Shown here: positions 62,252-64,000 of the stretch, piece by piece
Position numbering within the stretch: the stretch's first letter is position 1
How the letters are laid out: each line of letters starts with the position of its first letter
DNA from: Hypanus sabinus
Taxonomy: Eukaryota
Direction: 5' to 3'
Length of the DNA: 64,000 nucleotides
NCBI RefSeq assembly: GCF_030144855.1
Contig: NC_082730.1
Location: 41,354,001 to 41,418,000 of the forward strand
Notes under the pieces: model-generated
Databases searched by the model: none
What the model was told of the DNA's origin: nothing
What the model saw: only the letters and a program-made list of their open reading frames with translations
Translations under genes and position numbers: made by a program

Positions 62252-62999
62252 AAAAGTGCTCCACCGGACCTCTGGGTTCAGGGATTCCACTCAGAGCTAA
62301 CGACTTTGACTGGTCAAACAAAACTGCTATGGAAAGAGGAATGAAGATTCCTTCTACATCTGTGTGTGATGGTATTTTTCAGACTTCATTGAAGATTCGC
62401 ATGGCTGACAGTAAACCAAGAGGAAGTTGCTGACATGATGAAGGAAGACGTGAATGTAGCCAGAGATGGAGGACCTTCATTGCTGCCCTAAACACCAGCA
62501 GTATAATGGAAAAAAGAATTAGTAGTAGTAGTAGTAGTTTTAGAGAGGGTGCTGAGGAGATTTACCAAGATACAGCCTGGATTAGAGAGCACTTTTTAGG
62601 AAAGGTTGAACAAGTTAGGGCTTCTCATTTTGGAGCAAAGGAATATGGGAGGCAACTTGCTAGAAATGTATAAGATGATAAGAGATATAGCTATAGTGGA
62701 CTTGTTGCTCAGTGAAGAAATGGCTAGCATGAGAGGGCTTAATTTTAAGGTGACTTTTGGAAAATATACAGAGTGATCGTTTTTTTTAAACACAGTACAG
62801 TAAGTACATGGGATTCACTGCTGGGGTGATGGTAGCTGAATACATTAGTGAGATTTAAGAGACTCTTAGATAGGCAAATGGATGTTAGAAAGGAGGAGTG
62901 CTGTATGGGAGAGGAGTGTTAGAGTGATATCAGAGTATGTTAAAGTGTACTGTGTTGTACTGCTCTATGTACTAAGAAAAAAAAGTGGAAGTGTATGAT

Positions 63000-63670
63000 G
63001 CACGTAAGGAGAAATCTTCAGACAAGAACTAGGATCATTAAATTGTGAGGGAAAGTGAAAATGAAAATTATGCTGGTAAAGGGAGAGTATGAGAAAAGCA
63101 TGATGATTAACCTAAACGTCTGCTACTGACAGGAACTAATAAATTAGTTAAGACCAATGAGGGACAAAAGAAGGTGATAGGATAAACAAAGTTAGAATTC
63201 TTAATGAGTAGTTATATTAGTGTTTACAAAGGGAGATGATGATGACAAAGTATTAATAGCAATGCAGACATTAAAGCTAATGGATGGGTTGAAAATTGAT
63301 AAGTCTCATATGTGACAACAGCTGCCCTTATTTGAGGTGGATGTCACTTGATCTGGATTGTTTTTCCCCTGATTGTTAAGGAAAATGGAGTCAAGGTAGC
63401 CCATGGTCATGATCTTCCAATCTTCTTGCTTTATCTGGAAGTTGAAAAGGACTGGAAGGTTATAAATAGGATACCTCTGTCCATCAAGTAGAAGTAAGGA
63501 GACTCCAAGGTAATTAGGGCATGTGGTTTAATATCGGTGGTGATAAATGCCAAAATGAAACAAACAGAGATTTGTAAAAGTTTGAGTTAATTGAGGAGAG
63601 TTTGGAAGGATTTGTAAAATGCAGATGGTATTTGACTAATCTAGTTGATTTTTCTGATGACATAGTATAA
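63000..63670 (+). mobile_element. Highly degraded CR1 relic
   Basis: GATCTTCCAATCTTC...GGACTGGAAGGTTATAAAT...GGTAATTAGGG and TTGACTAATCTAGTTGATTTTT resemble the CR1 RT N-terminus. Confidence 0.6.
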
Positions 63671-63672
63671 TT

Positions 63673-63870
63673 TGAGGCAGCATAGTATTGTAGCGGTTAA
63701 TGTATCACTATTACAGCTCCTGTGTACTAGGTTCAATTCCCACCAACGACTGTAAGAAGTTTAAACGTTCTCCCTGTGACTAGGTGGGTTTCCTCCAGCT
63801 GCTCCTGTTTCCTCCCACATTCTAGAGACCTGTGGGTGAGTAGGTTAATTGGACACATTGCTGTAATTGC
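63673..63870 (+). mobile_element. V-SINE (tRNA head and V domain)
   Basis: GTAGCGGTTA A-box-like, GGTTCAATTCC B-box, GTGGGTTTCCTCCAGCTGCTCCTGTTTCCTCCCACATTC. Confidence 0.85.
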
Positions 63871-64000
63871 CTCACCTAGTGCCATGTTATAACATACAAT
63901 CAATCTATTTATAGTATACGAGCCATCTTATGTATTTATATTTATTATGTTTTTAATTATTATTGTTTTCTTTATGTTTTGTGTATCATTTTGGTGCTGC

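Larger units (their letters stand above)
61394..62537 (+). mobile_element. Non-autonomous RTE-related retroposon with (TAG)n tail
   Basis: RTE-like 5' UTR (GGCTTGTGCTCCTCAATG...GCCAAACAGGTCAAAGGGTAGAGG); 3' CAGAGATGGAGGACCTTCATTGCTGCCCTAAAC (QRWRTFIAALN); TAGTAG tail; AGTTTTAGA at both junctions. Confidence 0.65.
61220..62975 (+). mobile_element. Degraded CR1 3' part, host of nested insertions
   Basis: GCCTTCATTAGTTGGGGGACTGAG...CACTTGGAGTATTGTG...GATGTCGAAGTTTTAGA, resuming AGTTTTAGAGAGGGTGCTGAGGAGATTTACCAAG at 62536. Confidence 0.85.

Overview
Eukaryotic, AT-rich, repeat-dominated vertebrate genomic DNA. The repeat repertoire (abundant CR1 LINEs, Rex1/Babar LINEs, V-domain/HE1-like tRNA SINEs, Penelope-like elements, Tc1/mariner MITEs) points to a cartilaginous fish, probably a ray or skate; this is inference, not a database result. 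I recognise no intact host protein-coding gene, RNA gene or CRISPR array. Every long or recognisable ORF is a transposable-element fragment: CR1 RT, Rex1 RT, HERO-like RT plus restriction-like endonuclease, Gypsy protease/Zn knuckles, Penelope GIY-YIG, mariner, Tc1 and Harbinger transposase relics. The most interesting observations are: (1) a HERO-like non-LTR element flanked by an ungapped 182-bp direct repeat, a possible giant target-site duplication; (2) a family of Penelope-derived minimal hammerhead-ribozyme modules, several inserted as ~135-bp stand-alone units that begin exactly at the ribozyme, with one near-intact core at 38151-38186; (3) a palindromic mariner MITE built from two transposase 3' ends around a nested inner TIR pair; (4) several Russian-doll insertions, one with a homogeneous 61-bp minisatellite; (5) a TE-poor stretch near 39.2-43.2 kb with a possible promoter/first exon. 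Family assignments come from motif recall, not searches, and boundaries of old relics are approximate.
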